Source of the DNA: Octopus sinensis
Taxonomy: Eukaryota
Direction of reading: 5' to 3'
Assembly: GCF_006345805.1 (NCBI RefSeq)
Contig: NC_042997.1
Location: forward strand, 42,284,001 to 42,348,000
Length of the DNA: 64,000 nt
Below the pieces are notes generated by a model, which saw only the letters and a program-made list of their open reading frames with translations, had not been told where the DNA came from and searched no databases. The position numbers and the translations under genes were made by a program. Each line of letters opens with the position of its first letter. The first letter of the stretch is position 1. Shown here in pieces: positions 36,064 to 50,018 of the stretch.

Positions 36064-37197
36064 ATATTATACCATATATATATATATATTATATATATAA
36101 TATATATAGTATGAGATCAGACAGACAGATAGATAGATAGATAGATAGATGATAGATAGATAGATAGATAGATGATAGATAGATAGATAGATAGATATAG
36201 ATAGATAGATAGATAGATAGATTAAAACTTTATATATAAAGAACGTGAAATACACGAAGTGACGAACACGGAAAACAGACAAGTCATTCGAAGCCTTCAT
36301 TCTTCAGTCAGAAACCGAATCATCATGGCAAATTTCGGCACTATGCAATGAGTATCTCTATCATCTTTAATCGTTTATTTTGTGAGGAATTCTATAGAAT
36401 ACAGCTGTGTTGTTCATTGTTCATTGATGTTTTTCAGTTTTGTTTTTGTTTCCTATTTTGCAACTGCTTCTTTTTGTGGGTGAACCAGCAGGAGACTTGT
36501 ACTTATATTGTCAACATAACTGTTGGAGTCTTGAAGTTAATAACTTTCATGTCATAACTAGATTGATCGCAGGTTTACATGTTCGTGATTTTCTTAATGA
36601 TAAAAACTGTTTCAATTTTAACGTATTTGCAGTAATATATCAACTTACGTTTTGCTGTTATTCATTTTGTACTTTTCTATGATGTTTTTATCACGTGTTC
36701 ATCTATTGTTAGTTTGCATTTGGTTCCCATAACACACTTTCTGCGTCATTCATTTTCAATAAACGTGGCGTTACATGTATTTATTATATTTCTAGTAGTA
36801 TTGTTCTATGACTTGCTCCGGTAGACTTTTGGAATAAATGTTGTTGATTATCGTGTGTTTTATTCTGAGGGATTATTTATTTGCTGCTTCGTTTGTGGAA
36901 AGGAATCTAAATGCTCTTATATGTTGTGATCATACTAGTGAAGCGTTTTTTGTTTTTTTTTTATCTAGGTGGACACTTGCTGTCTCTATGTAAGCATATG
37001 TGTTTATTAGTATAATTTCTGCAACAAACGTGATATCTATTTTAATGTTCATATCTGAAAATGGAACCATTGTATTATTACACGTTTTATTTGCACAGAT
37101 CTGGGTGTTGAATTTTACTACTGTGTTGTTTTCTACGACTTCCTTTAATTTAGCAATGGCTTTCGGTGTGTCAATCACACAACAGCTATTCTCTACA

Positions 37198-37421
37198 TAC
37201 GAAGGGGAGCTGAAAAGTTCCTGGCTTTGGGTACAAGAAAATACAGGAGGATCAGTTGTTAATTATGGTTTTATTCAACAAATTCCCCCTCCGGTTCACA
37301 CACTTATTGCAGCGGTCCTTCAGTTTTTCTAAGCTCTTTAGAAGAACTCGGAAGGTTGGCCCTCCAACCAGGCCTTTCGCGATACCCTTAAAGCCAGGAA
37401 CTTTTCAGCAACCCCACCTTA
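37198..37421. mobile_element. Mariner-type MITE, copy 2
   Basis: TIRs ggggagctgaaaagttcctggcttt and aaagccaggaacttttcagcaacccc, flanked by TA. Confidence 0.82.
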
Positions 37422-37731
37422 TATTAGTTTCTTAGAATACTTGTCATGGATAGATTCGAGCTGACGCTTTGACTGCGAATTGGCAAAACCGCTTAATCGT
37501 TGGGTGACATTGCACACTCTCTACGGACTAAGTTCAAATTCTGCCGAGGTCTGCTTTACCATTTACCCATTCGAGCCCTATAAATAAGGTACAAGTCAAG
37601 AGTAGTGGATTAACAGAATTGTCAGAGCGCTAAACAAAACACCTTATAGTATCAGTTTCGGCTTCTTTCGTCTTGAGTTCTAATCCCGCTATGGGCTACA
37701 TGAAAGTAGGTTAATTCATCACTTGGTTAAC

Positions 37732-37831
37732 NNNNNNNNNNNNNNNNNNNNNNNNNNNNNNNNNNNNNNNNNNNNNNNNNNNNNNNNNNNNNNNNNNNNN
37801 NNNNNNNNNNNNNNNNNNNNNNNNNNNNNNN
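37732..37831. other. Assembly gap (100 N)
   Basis: Run of exactly 100 N; adjacency across it is not guaranteed. Confidence 0.99.
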
Positions 37832-38456
37832 AGTATATTTTTGCATATAACAGCTAATACTACTCTATTCTTTTCCATCCAATGACCGATGATTGCTAAT
37901 TTACTTTTTTTCCTTTTCTTGAAGATTTTTCATAAATTCTTCGGTAACAGTTACTGACTGGCAAGAGACTATAACGTACAAATAATAGCCATGTGCCAAC
38001 TCTGATGCTTAATACAGGCTTACTTGTTTGTTGGTTTTCCTGCCTCATGAAACTTTATTGGACAACTATACCTGTCTCTATCTAGCTAGCTAGCTAAAGC
38101 TCTCTCTCTCTCTCTCTCTACCTTCTTTCTTTCTCCTCTCTCTCCCCCTATGCATATATATATATATATATAATATATATATGTTATATATGATATATAT
38201 ATATATATCTATATATATATATATATATATATTATTATTATATAAATGGCGGTGCCCCAGCATGTCACAGCTCATGAGCTGAAACTGGAATCAATCAATC
38301 AATATATACGTATATATATATTATATATATAATATATATATCTATATATATATAGATACGTTATATGATATAATATATATATATATATATAATATTATAT
38401 ATATATATATATATATATTATATATGTATATCATATACATATACATATATATTATA

Positions 38457-38506
<50 letters not shown>

Positions 38507-38969
38507 TATAAGATTTCTAGGATCTATGTGTAGGAAGTTTGTAAGCTGCGAGTAGTCCGCGGTAGATATATAAAAAACAAACGTTTGGGATCACTAATAA
38601 TTTATTGGGCGAGGGTTGAAAGCTTCCCTATTTGATTTTGAAAAGCTGAAAAAAACGTTTTTATAGCTTACGGTTAGCAGCTTGAGTCGCAATGAATACG
38701 AATAAAAATTCATATTGAATGAGTGGGGCCGGCAAAATTCAGGCAACACATATGTTTCCTAGCTAGCAGAACTTCGGCGGGTTAACTTGGGATTCCTTAA
38801 CGACACTGTAACCTTCGTATAATTAATGTATCGGTGAGTCGGTGCCCGAGTAACCTTCGTTGAGTAATTATTACATCAGAGGATCTGCTACCTAGGAAAT
38901 ATATGTAGCCCGAAGTTTACCTGCTCCACTCCTGTAATTTGGATATCTATCTCATTATCTCTCTCTCTC

Positions 38970-39014
<45 letters not shown>

Positions 39015-39099
39015 TACCTATCTATCTGTCTATCGCTCTCCCTTTCTCCCTCTCTCCCTCTCTGTATATATATATATATATACATATGTTTCTGCGTGT

Positions 39100-39102
39100 G
39101 TC

Positions 39103-39133
<31 letters not shown>

Positions 39134-39443
39134 GTATGTATGTACATATGTATGTATGGTTAATGTATGTATGTATGTATGTATTGTGTGTATGTTATGT
39201 ATGTATTACATATGTAGGTATGTATGTATGTATGGCGTGTATGTATGTATATATGTATTACGTACGTATGTATGTATGTAGTAGTATGTATGTATGTATG
39301 GATGTATGTATGTGTGTGTATATATGTATGTATGTATGTGTGTATGTATGTATGTATGTTATGTATGTACGTACGTATGTATGTATGTACTAATGTATGT
39401 ATGTATATGCATGTATGTACATGTATGTTATGCATGTATGTAC

Positions 39444-39474
<31 letters not shown>

Positions 39475-39864
39475 TGTGTGTGTATGTATGTATGTACGTA
39501 CGTACGTACGGATGTATGTATGTATGTATGTGTGTATGTATGTATGTATGTATGTATGTAGGTATGTATGTATGTATGTATGTATGTACATATGTATGTA
39601 TGTATGTATGTATGTAAGTATGTATGTGTGTGTGTATATGTATGTATGTATGTATGTATGTGTGTGTGTATGTATGTATGTATGTGTGTATGTATGTATG
39701 TATGTACGTACGTACGTACGTATGTATGTATATACATATGTATGTATGTACGTACGTACGTGTGTGTGTGTGTGTATGTATGTATATATGTATGTGTGTA
39801 TGTATGTACGTACGTACGTACGTATGTATGTACTATGTATGTATGTATGTATGTATGTATGTAC

Positions 39865-39896
<32 letters not shown>

Positions 39897-40144
39897 GTTA
39901 TGTATGTGTTGTGTATATTTAATGTAGTATGTATGTATGTGTGTGTGTATGTATGTATGTATGTGTGTATGTATATGTATGTATACGTACGTACGTACGT
40001 ATGTATGTATATACATATGTATGTTATGTACGTACGTACGTGTGTGTGTGTGTGTGTATGTATGTATATAGGTATGTGTGTATGTATGTACGTACGTACG
40101 TACGTACGTACGTATGTATGTATGTATGTATGTATGTATGTATG

Positions 40145-40175
<31 letters not shown>

Positions 40176-40949
40176 GTATGTATGTATGTATGTACGTATG
40201 TATTGCAATTGACTTTTGCCAAAATTCCTATAAGATGTTGCATGATGTTGCTCGGCATTAGTTGAGCTCCGATTGATCTCCAACACATAACTGTCGACTA
40301 AAACACTTCGTACGATCGACAGATCCATTGTTCCAAATGCTCCATACCTCCGCCTGACCGTGGACCACACTACACGTTCCAACATGAAATGTCTAATTGC
40401 ATAGGTTTTAATGTGTCAGACTGGACAAGTCATAGTCATGTGTTTGTTTCTATATTGGGAAAAACTAAAACATTGCCGATTATCAATAACAGTTTAAGAT
40501 TAATGAGGTTAGTATGGATTTTAAATTCTTCTGCGTAGGGGGAAGAAACCTTGACCTGTTTTCCAGCAAGAAAATATCTCACTAAGTTTTCACAAAATAT
40601 TCTATTGTAGTGTATATCTAAGCAAGGAAATACAAACGCGTGCGTATGTATGTATGTATGTATGTATGTATGTATGTATGTATGTATGTATGTATGTGTG
40701 TATGTATGTATGGAGTGAATGGATGTATGTATTATTTATGCATGTATGTGTTGATGTTGTATGCATGTAGTTGTACGTACGTGTGGTGTATGTACGTGTG
40801 TGTGTTGTATGTATGTATGTTATGTATGTAGTATGCATGTATGTACGTACGTACGTACGTGTGTGTGTGTGTGTATGTACGTGTGTGTGTAATGTATGTA
40901 TGTATGTATGTATGTATGTATGTATGCATGTATGTACGTACGTACGTAC

Positions 40950-40983
<34 letters not shown>

Positions 40984-41030
40984 GTATGTATGTATGTATG
41001 TACGTACGTAGTGTATGTATGTGTATATAG
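39100..41030. repeat. (TATG)n/(TACG)/(TG)n compound microsatellite field with a unique island at ~40200-40640
   Basis: Direct reading; source of the MYVC/HTYI ORFs. Confidence 0.95.
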
Positions 41031-41180
41031 TATTGTAGTGTATATCTAAACAAACGCGTGCGCACACACATACAGTCACTCTCACATACACACACATTAT
41101 ATGCATTATGTATATGCATGTATACATAATACATACAATATAATATATATATATATATATATATCTATATATATATATAT

Positions 41181-41514
41181 GAAGGCGCGATGCTCAGTAG
41201 TTAGAGCGTCGAGCTTACGATCGTGAGGTTGTGAGTTCGAATCCCTGACCGGGCTGCGTGTTGTGTTCTTGAGCAAGACACTTTATTTCATGTTGCTTCA
41301 GTTCACTCAGCTGTAGAAATGAGTTGCGACGTCACTGGTACCAAGCTGTATCGGCCCCTTTGCCTTTCCCTTGGATAACATCGGTGGCATGAAGAGGGAA
41401 GACTGGTATGCATGTCCGACTGCTGGTCTTCCATTAACAACCGTGTCCGAACTTGTGCCTGGGAGGATAACATTCTAGGTGCAATCCCACGGTCAGTCAT
41501 GACCGAAGGGAGTC
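41181..41514 (+). mobile_element. Family B SINE
   Basis: Colinear with 5449-5790. Confidence 0.88.
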
Positions 41515-41764
41515 TCTCTCTCTCTCTCTCCGTCTCTCCTCTCTCTCCTCTCCCCGCTTCTCTCTCTCGCTCTCTCTCATTCTCTCTCTCTCTCTTTTCT
41601 CCTCTCTCTCTCTGTATATATAGTGTGTCTAATATATATATATATATATATATCTATATTATAGTAACAGATATATATATATATATACACAACTAAATAT
41701 ACAGACCAGCGATTTTTTTAGAAATTTTTAGAGTAGACAGACAGACAGACAGAGACAGGGGAGG

Positions 41765-41805
<41 letters not shown>

Positions 41806-42544
41806 TATAGATAGATAATAGATAGATATAGATATATGATAGATAGTAGATAGATAGATAGATAGATATACACACGCACGCACACGCAAGGTTTCTTTGA
41901 ATTTCTGTCTATCAAATCCACTTCAAGCTGAATTAACACTTTATTGTCCCCCCTCAGTACCCTCTCATATCTGCCATTGTCCCCCTCCACCTTAGTCCAT
42001 TATTCTCTATATCCATATTTTCGTACTTCTCATCTCCTCTGTCACTGTGCACGCCTCTTTCATGCCCACCCCCACACTCTTCACACCATCTCCCCATTTC
42101 TCTTCTATGCATGTTCATATTGTACCGTTGTTCGCCACCATCACCCCTTTTAAATACTGCCGCTTACTACCTCCTCCTCACTGACCGACACCTATCCCCC
42201 CCCCTCCAAAAAAAATTGATATTCTCCCCTGACAACGCTCCCTGTTCTTCATTTACCTCCATTACAACCCCTAATTACTTGTCACTCTCCTTTCACATTC
42301 TACCGATATTCCCAAAAACCCTTCTCGATCTTCTGCCCCATTTCTCTTGCGCTTTGAGGCTATGCATTGACCCCTCATTTCCACCCTCTTTTCCAGCTGA
42401 GTGAGTCATGCTTCTCCTCTACAGCAACACGCATATCTTCGGCCCCACTATCATACTTTAGCCTTTCAATACCTAACGCGAAGCCATTTCTCTAACCCCA
42501 CTCATTTGGGGTGCTTTTCTTGCGATCTACTTGGTGACACCACC

Positions 42545-42720
42545 AGTACCAGTGCCACTAAAAAGTTCTCAATACACTCTCTAAAATGGTTATTCTTAGA
42601 AAGAGCATCCAGTCAGAGAAATCATGCCAAACCAGACATTGGAGCTCGACGTAGATCTCCAGCGCGTCAGATCCTGTCCAACTGTCCAACCCATGCCATC
42701 ATTGAAGACCGATGATGATG
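42545..42720 (+). mobile_element. Degenerate SINE 3' half ending in (GAT)n
   Basis: acactctctaaaatggtt...gagcatccagtc...ccaacccatgcca...gatgatgatg resembles a Meta-type/RTE-tailed SINE; judged by eye. Confidence 0.35.
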
Positions 42721-42745
42721 ATATGTGTGCATGTGTGTATGCGTT

Positions 42746-42776
<31 letters not shown>

Positions 42777-42791
42777 ACATGTTGTAAAATG

Positions 42792-42839
<48 letters not shown>

Positions 42840-42843
42840 TATA

Positions 42844-42878
<35 letters not shown>

Positions 42879-42915
42879 TATATATATATATATATATATA
42901 GGTATTTAAGCATGT

Positions 42916-42946
<31 letters not shown>

Positions 42947-42977
42947 GCATTATGCATTATGTATTTATGTATGTATG

Positions 42978-43895
42978 CCTGGACAAGACTGTTGTAATGT
43001 TCCAGCCTGCACCAGGAAATCCATATATGGAACCAGCTATCTTGGTTGAAGGAACGATTCTGAAGGTAGTAGACAAGTTTGTCTACCTGGGCAGCACACT
43101 CAGCCGTTCTTGCTCCCTAGATGAGGAAATATCTTCCAGATTGCAGAGAGCAACTAATTCCTTCCGGTCTCTTCAGTCTCGTGTCTGGTCCCAACATGGC
43201 AGCGCAAGGAGAACAAAAGTTGCTGTGTACCGTGCTTGTGTACTGACATCGCTCCTCTGCTCGTGTGAGACATGGACTCTGTACAAACGTCAGGTAAGGG
43301 TCCTTGGACGCTTTCATCAGAGATGTCTCAGACACATTCTCAATGTTAGCTGGACCTCAAAACTTCCAGACACACAGGTCCTGAAGACAGCTGATATCGT
43401 CAGTATTGGAGCGATGGTGCACAAGCACCGGTTACGTTGGACTGGACACCTTATTAGAATGAAGGATAGCAGGATTCCTAAGCAGATGCTCTATGGAGAA
43501 CTTTGAATGGAAGGAGACACGGCAGAAAACCAAGGCTGCGTTTTAAGGACTGTGTCAAGTTCATCTTAAAGGACTGTGATATGCAGGACACTGACTGGGA
43601 GAACAATGCCTGTCATCGCCACAGATGGAGGAAGCAGGTTAAGGAGGGGATCGAAACTTTTGAGAGAGCACGTATCCAGCATGAAGAACTTAAGCGAGCT
43701 GCAACGAAGCCGCACGGCCCGTATAGTGAATGGGGAAAGCTTGGTCTGCAATGTTTGCAGTCGTGTATGCTTGTCAAGAGCAGGCTCATTAGCCACCAAC
43801 GAGCCGCAAATGCAAAATATAAGTTAGTCCTAGAGCCACAATGTTCCTGAAGGTCGGCAAGTTCTTCCTCGGTCACGAGTGGACAGCCATCATCA
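42978..43895 (+). mobile_element. RTE-clade LINE, 3' fragment
   Basis: [11 protein letters not shown]...YRACVLTSLLCSCETWTLY...FHQRCLRHIL...RLRWTGHLIRMKDSRIPKQMLYGEL, then KPRLRFKD and a terminal CNVCSRVC...SHQR; ends ...gccatcatc in (TGTA)n. Confidence 0.92.
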
Positions 43896-45322
43896 GTGTA
43901 TGTATGTATGTATGTTTTTGTGTTTCTATGTATGTATATAATGAAGTTCAAATGAAAAGAGACTGTAGCAATAGCAGTAATAGCGTCAGCGAGTAGACAA
44001 AATTCGACGTCGTACCAAAGGTTACAAACTATTGATAAGAAAATACATGATTGATTGTTTGATTGATTATTCTTTGTATGGGCGTATCTGTATTTTCCGC
44101 AGATAAGTAACGCGGACATTATGATAGGAAGAACACATACTTTATCTGTATATAGTAACTGTAATTGTTGAAATGTTTCGTGCATTCTGGCCTTCACTCA
44201 CGATATAATCTTTTGTACATGTGGTTGCAATGAATAATTATAAGTGAAATGTATAGTCATTATTTATGCGTGAGCTGGACTATGAATAGTGAACAGGAAA
44301 GGTGATCGTAGATATGTTTACATGAGATATGCAGGGTATGTTGTTTTTGTTGCTTAATCTCTAGCTTTTTCTCCGGTCAAACCCGCATATGATTGACGGC
44401 CTTCCAGCTATGACAATCTTGTTTTATTTTCAGTATATTTCGGAACGTTATCCAGTTGGTCATACTTCGCTTGCCTGGGACTAAGATTTTTTTCATGTTT
44501 ATTACAATACGTTTTCGCAAATGCTGTTCATGAAAGGTTCTTAAAAGACGAGTATCCATCCATCTATTTCCTCCGCCCACTATTCCAGAGAGGACCATAG
44601 AGATGGAGTCCTCAGGCACTTCCTCCGTCGGGTCCTATCAGAAGTATCCGTCATTAGACTTTCAGGTTGAATTTCCAGAGACGAACACGCTAGGTAAAAA
44701 ATTATTGAAGCTGCTCGTAGACGAAGCCTGCCCGCCGATAGTAAAGAAGACGTGTTTCGTGAGGGATAATTTGTGTCGGTTTGTGTGGGTGGCTATGTTT
44801 GTTTGTGTCAGCTGTGGTATAGATAGGTACTTGGACTGATAAAATGAGGGTCGAAAGAAGTTCTGTCAAAACTCATTGCGATAAAGTAACTCTGATCTAA
44901 GCGACGAGAAATAATCTAGATTATAAAACGGTCACTTTTACAAATGTTTTTTTTTCAAACCTGACACGATTTTAAATTTAACTAATACAGAAAGAGTAAA
45001 CTTTGCTTTCTCTGAAGCTCTCAAGAATAAACAAACAAAGAAATTTCCTGCATGGTGAACGGGAGGTGTGAAGACGATGTGTTTCCACAGAAAATTAGTA
45101 AGTCAGCTTGTTTAGACGTCACTCACAAGTGAATGGTGACCTAATAGTGTGAATCATGTTATCGCTAATGTTTTAGGTGCCTATGTAGTTGCAAACGGAC
45201 ATAAAAACTCCCTCGCCCCCCCCCCCAACTTAACCAAGCAGAACATCGAGGATTTGACATCCAAGAGAAAGAGAGGGGCTGTACCAGAACAAGAGTAAGA
45301 CTCATTTTCAGGAGATTACACT

Positions 45323-45647
45323 GAAGACGCGTGGTTTAGTGGTTAAGGGTATTCGCCTCTACTACGATGGTAAGGTTGTGAGTTCGATTCCTAGTGTCGC
45401 GTTGTGTCCTTCAGTAAGACACTTCATTTCTCGTTACCCCAGTTCACTCAGCAATCAAAAATGAGTTGTACCTGTACTTCAAAGGGCCAGCCTTATCACA
45501 TTCTGTGTCACGTTGAATTTTTCTGAGAACTACGTTAAAAGTACGCGTGTCTGTGGACTGTTTAACTACTTGCATGTTAATTTCACGAGCAGGCTGTTCT
45601 GTTGATCGGATCAACTTGAACACTGGTCGTCGTAACCGACGGAGTAC
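45323..45647 (+). mobile_element. Mosaic SINE: CORE-like 5' half with a family A 3' half
   Basis: 5' half resembles family B (gtaagacacttcatttctcgttaccccagttcactcagc); from tacctgtacttcaaaggg onward it matches family A. Confidence 0.8.
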
Positions 45648-46188
45648 TAGTTAGACTGAAGCAAGATGAAATGAAGTGTCTTACCTTAAAATACAACATC
45701 CCGCTCATCCTAAGAATCAAACTCACAATCTTAGGATTGTGAAACCAATACCCTAACCATTAGGCCATTCGCCTTCAGCATTTACAAAACAGGGTTTTAA
45801 AAAAGGGTGTGGAGGGAATTGTGAAGTTAAAAGCATATGAGTCCTTGGTTCAAATCTGATATGGCATTTCTTTGTATTTTACGGCATTTTATAGTTGGTG
45901 GGTAGCGTATGAAATAATTCAAATATATTTTTGATCGACCAATTTGAGTGTAGCTTATCAATCACAGTAATCGAACTTATTATACCTAGTGAGAGAAAAC
46001 AATGCAATAATTCGTAAATATATTTATGTAATTTTGGAAAATAATAAACAATGGTTTGCGTGGTCATGACTGGAACGCTGGTCGATAAAAGTTAACAACA
46101 ACAACTGGGGAATAGGACTGACAGATAACAAATATTCTTCTTTCTTTTGTGAATTTTGTAGTATTGCCGATTTTAAAAAATAACTTTT

Positions 46189-46353
46189 GTGGCTGTGTGG
46201 TAAGTAGCTTGCTAACCAACCACATGGTTCCGGGTTCAGTCCCACTGCGTGGCACCTTGGGCAAGTGTCTTCTACTATAGCCTCGGGCCGACCAAAGCCT
46301 TGTGAGTGGATTTGGTAGACGGAAACTGAAAGAAGCCTGTCGTATATATGTAT

Positions 46354-46432
<79 letters not shown>

Positions 46433-46638
46433 GTGTGTATATGTTTGTGTGTCTGTGTTTGTCCCCTAGCATTGCTTGACAACCGATCACTTAGCGGTTC
46501 GGCAAAAGAGACCGATAGAATAAGTAACTGGGCTTACAAAGAATAAGTCCCGGGGTCGATTTGCTCGACTAAAGGCGGTGCTCCAGCATGGCCGCAGTCA
46601 AATGACTGAAACAAGTAAAAGAGTAAAAGAGTAAAAGA
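46189..46638 (+). mobile_element. Family C SINE
   Basis: Head to (gtaaaaga)n tail. Confidence 0.9.
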
Positions 46639-46859
46639 GATATCCCTACGGAAGAAAATACTCTCTGGTACACTGCAAATATTTATTTACAACCTAAAGA
46701 TAACTAAGTTCGTATGTCGTGTCAGGATTTAACCATCCAACATACAACAAGCAAACAGCATTATTGAAGGAAAGCAATAACTCGACTGTATTGTTTCTTG
46801 AAATCGTTTATTTCCATGAAATTAATCAATTCCGTCTTAACCTAGCTTTGAATTTCAAT

Positions 46860-47241
46860 GTGGAGGCGCAATGGCCCAGTGGTTAGGGCAGCGGACTCGC
46901 GGTCATAGGATCGCAGTTTCGATTCCCAGACCGGGCATTGTGAGTGTTTATTGAGCGAAAACACCTAAAGCTTCACAAGGCTCCTGCAGGGGGGGGGTGA
47001 ACCCTGCTGTACTCTTCACCACAACTTCTCTCACTCTTTCTTCTGTTTCTGTTGTACCTGTATTTCAAAGGGGACAGCCTTGTCACACTCTGTGTCACGC
47101 TGAATCTCCTCGAGAACTACGTTAAGGGTACACGTGTCTGTGGAATGCTCAGCCACTTGCACGTTAATTCCACGAGCAAGCTGTTCCGTTGATCGTATCA
47201 GCTGGGACCCTCATCGTCGTAACCGACGGAGTGCTCCAATA
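46860..47241 (+). mobile_element. Family A SINE
   Basis: 12-bp TSD ttgaatttcaat at 46848-46859 and 47242-47253. Confidence 0.92.
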
Positions 47242-47893
47242 TTGAATTTCAATAAACCTATATTCGATTGGAAACATAAATACTCGTCTCGTTGACTTTA
47301 ACTTCTGAACAATAGCTTAGTGGTGGAAATACGACCATCAAACTACCTACTTCATTCACATGTAATATATTTTAAAGTATGATGTACACTTGAAGTGGAC
47401 AACATACATTAAAATGTTTTAGTAAGCACACTTGATCTACATAACAGTTAATCTCCAGTTTTCTTCAAGCTGTAGGTGACTTTCAAACCGCCTACACTAA
47501 TCTTCCTTGAGTAATTCTCATCTGCTTTCACCCAATATAATTTCTGGGTTGCATTAGATTAAATCAACACTGTACTTCTGGTATTTATTTTACTTATCTC
47601 GGTGCCGGTGTGGCCGAGTGGTTAAGAAGTTCGCTTCCCAACAACACGGCTTCAGATTCAGTCCTACTGCATAACAACTTGGACAAGTGTCTTCTGCTAT
47701 AAGCCTTGGCCGACTAAAGACTTGTAAGTGAATTTGGTACAGGGAAACTCGTATACATACATACATACATACATACATACATACCTACCTACCTACATGC
47801 ATACATACATCCGTACATACATACATACATACATACATACATACATACATACATACATACATACATACATACATACATACATACATACATACA

Positions 47894-48300
47894 TCGGTAA
47901 TACACTGCCTAAATACCAATCTTAAGAAATTAGGCTTCTCAAAACCAGAAAGGAGAAAGCTAATTCGAAAACTACAGATCCAATCCATCACCGGAACTGT
48001 AAAAATCTGTAAAACTTTCCAGAAGTTTATCATTTAAATATATATGAGCATGTCTAGATATGGAAACTATATGCATGATAATACATACATAAAAGATACA
48101 AATCTGCACATACATACATACATACATACATACATACATACATACATACATACATACATACATACATACATACATACATACATACATACATACCCTGTTG
48201 TTGATGTTGAAATTCCAGTGAAGGAGACTTGGATCTTGGTTAGAAAACGGTTCTTTCTCTATTGGCATGAAATATTGAAATAAACTGAATAATAACATAC
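47894..48300 (+). mobile_element. 3' end of an REL-type non-LTR element embedded in (TACA)n
   Basis: NLKKLGFSKPERRKLIRKLQIQSITGTVKICKTFQKFII* resembles the C-terminus of REL LINEs; (TACA)n on the 5' side and at 48108-48192. Confidence 0.6.
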
Positions 48301-48531
48301 ATAGATGATGATTGCTTCATTTTGTCAGATGATAATGGAAGCTTCCTCTACGCATGGGAAATCTCTTTAACTCTTAGATGGGACCCTGACAGGTACCATC
48401 ATTCCCGGTCAGAACGGACCTGGGAGTAATTAAGGGTGACTCTATGTTCCCCACAACTCCAGAACTCCCGAACTGGAACTTCACCATTGGATGCAGTTTA
48501 ATGTCATTCCTAATACAAAATAAATGTGTGT

Positions 48532-48581
<50 letters not shown>

Positions 48582-49209
48582 ACTTGTTTGTTTTCATATC
48601 GTGTGATAGTTATGAGTGTCACAGTCATACAAGCAGTACCTTTGTTTCCAATCCGCCATGAAAACAAAGTGATAGGAAAACGATACCATCTTGCTTTGAC
48701 ACGCACGAGAGTTGACGATAGGAAGAGCATCCACTTTAAAAAATCTACCTCAAAATATTCCGCCTGACACATGCAAGCATGCAAAAGTGGATGATGATGA
48801 TGATATCAGGTTGTTAAAGTTCCAGTGTAGGTCGGTTTGATTGGTGGAATCGTTAGAGCGTCGGACAGGATGTCATGTGGTATTTGTTTCGGCTCTTTAT
48901 ATTCTGAATTCAAATCCTGCTGGGATCTCTTTGCAGTGGATAAACATAATCTGTCGACTGATTCAACATCCTCTACCTGGGTATATTGCACACATTAATA
49001 ACCAAGTCTCGAATTTGAGGATATCTTCTTTACTTCATCCCACTAATCTTGGAGGCTCTCAAAAGGATCAATGGAACAGCCTTCTCTCCTGATTTAGAGA
49101 TGTGTTTTTGCTTGTTGATTTTTTTGGGGGGGGAGTGTGGGGTGCTATCAGCAAAAGATATTCTTTTATTTACATTATTTATATTAGTGTAAAGAGAGGG
49201 GTTACTCAG

Positions 49210-49941
49210 TGCCTAAAACATTGTGCAAAGAATATAAGTAGCGATCGTGATACCCACCACGAAGAAATGATCAAGCTCAATAACGATCTGTTAAGCAACA
49301 ACTACCCCAAAAGTATACTATCCACTCCAATTATGAAGAAGAGAGAGGATGAGGCCAATAAACTGTCCACAGTCTGTCTACACTATGTGAAAGGCCTCTC
49401 CGAAAAATACAAAAGATATGCGGCCCATATGACATCAGGACAGCATTCAAGAGTAATAAAATACTTTGCAAATATTTCCTTCGAGTAAAACCACCAATAG
49501 AAGAGAATATGACCAAAGACTGCGTGTTCTCCATCCCATGCAGCTGTGGTAGTTTATACAAAGGCGAAACATACTGCCTCCTCAAAATAAGGGTAGACGA
49601 ACATGGCAAAGCTGTGACACGAAGAGATATTGATAAATCGGGTATAGCTAATCATGTATGGAAAAATGGAGACCACCTCCACCTGTAGAATGAAGTTAAA
49701 ATAATAGACAGAGAACACCACTAGAAAATACGAAAACTAAAAGAAGCAGCACATATGCTAGGACACAACAACCTCCTAAGCAGACCGAGTGCAGATATGA
49801 GCAGCATATGGGAACTGGTGTTAAGGAAGGACAGAAAAATATTAGATTTATAAGCCCTAAAATTCACTCCATAATTGCCCACCGGTGGTTAAGAGCGCGG
49901 GCTACTAACCCCAAGATTCCGAGTTCGATTCCAAGCAGTGA

Positions 49942-50018
<77 letters not shown>

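Noticed and set aside
38722-38800. ggccggca...ggcaaca resembling the HDV ribozyme 5' end
   Set aside because: The nested double-pseudoknot helices could not be fitted; short word matches only.
40200-40450. Unique island in the TATG field as a coding exon
   Set aside because: An open frame and weak splice-like sites exist on the minus strand, but there is no recognisable homology; not supportable.
44380-44840. Short ORFs 44377-44619 and 44603-44839
   Set aside because: No motif or family similarity recognised in any frame.
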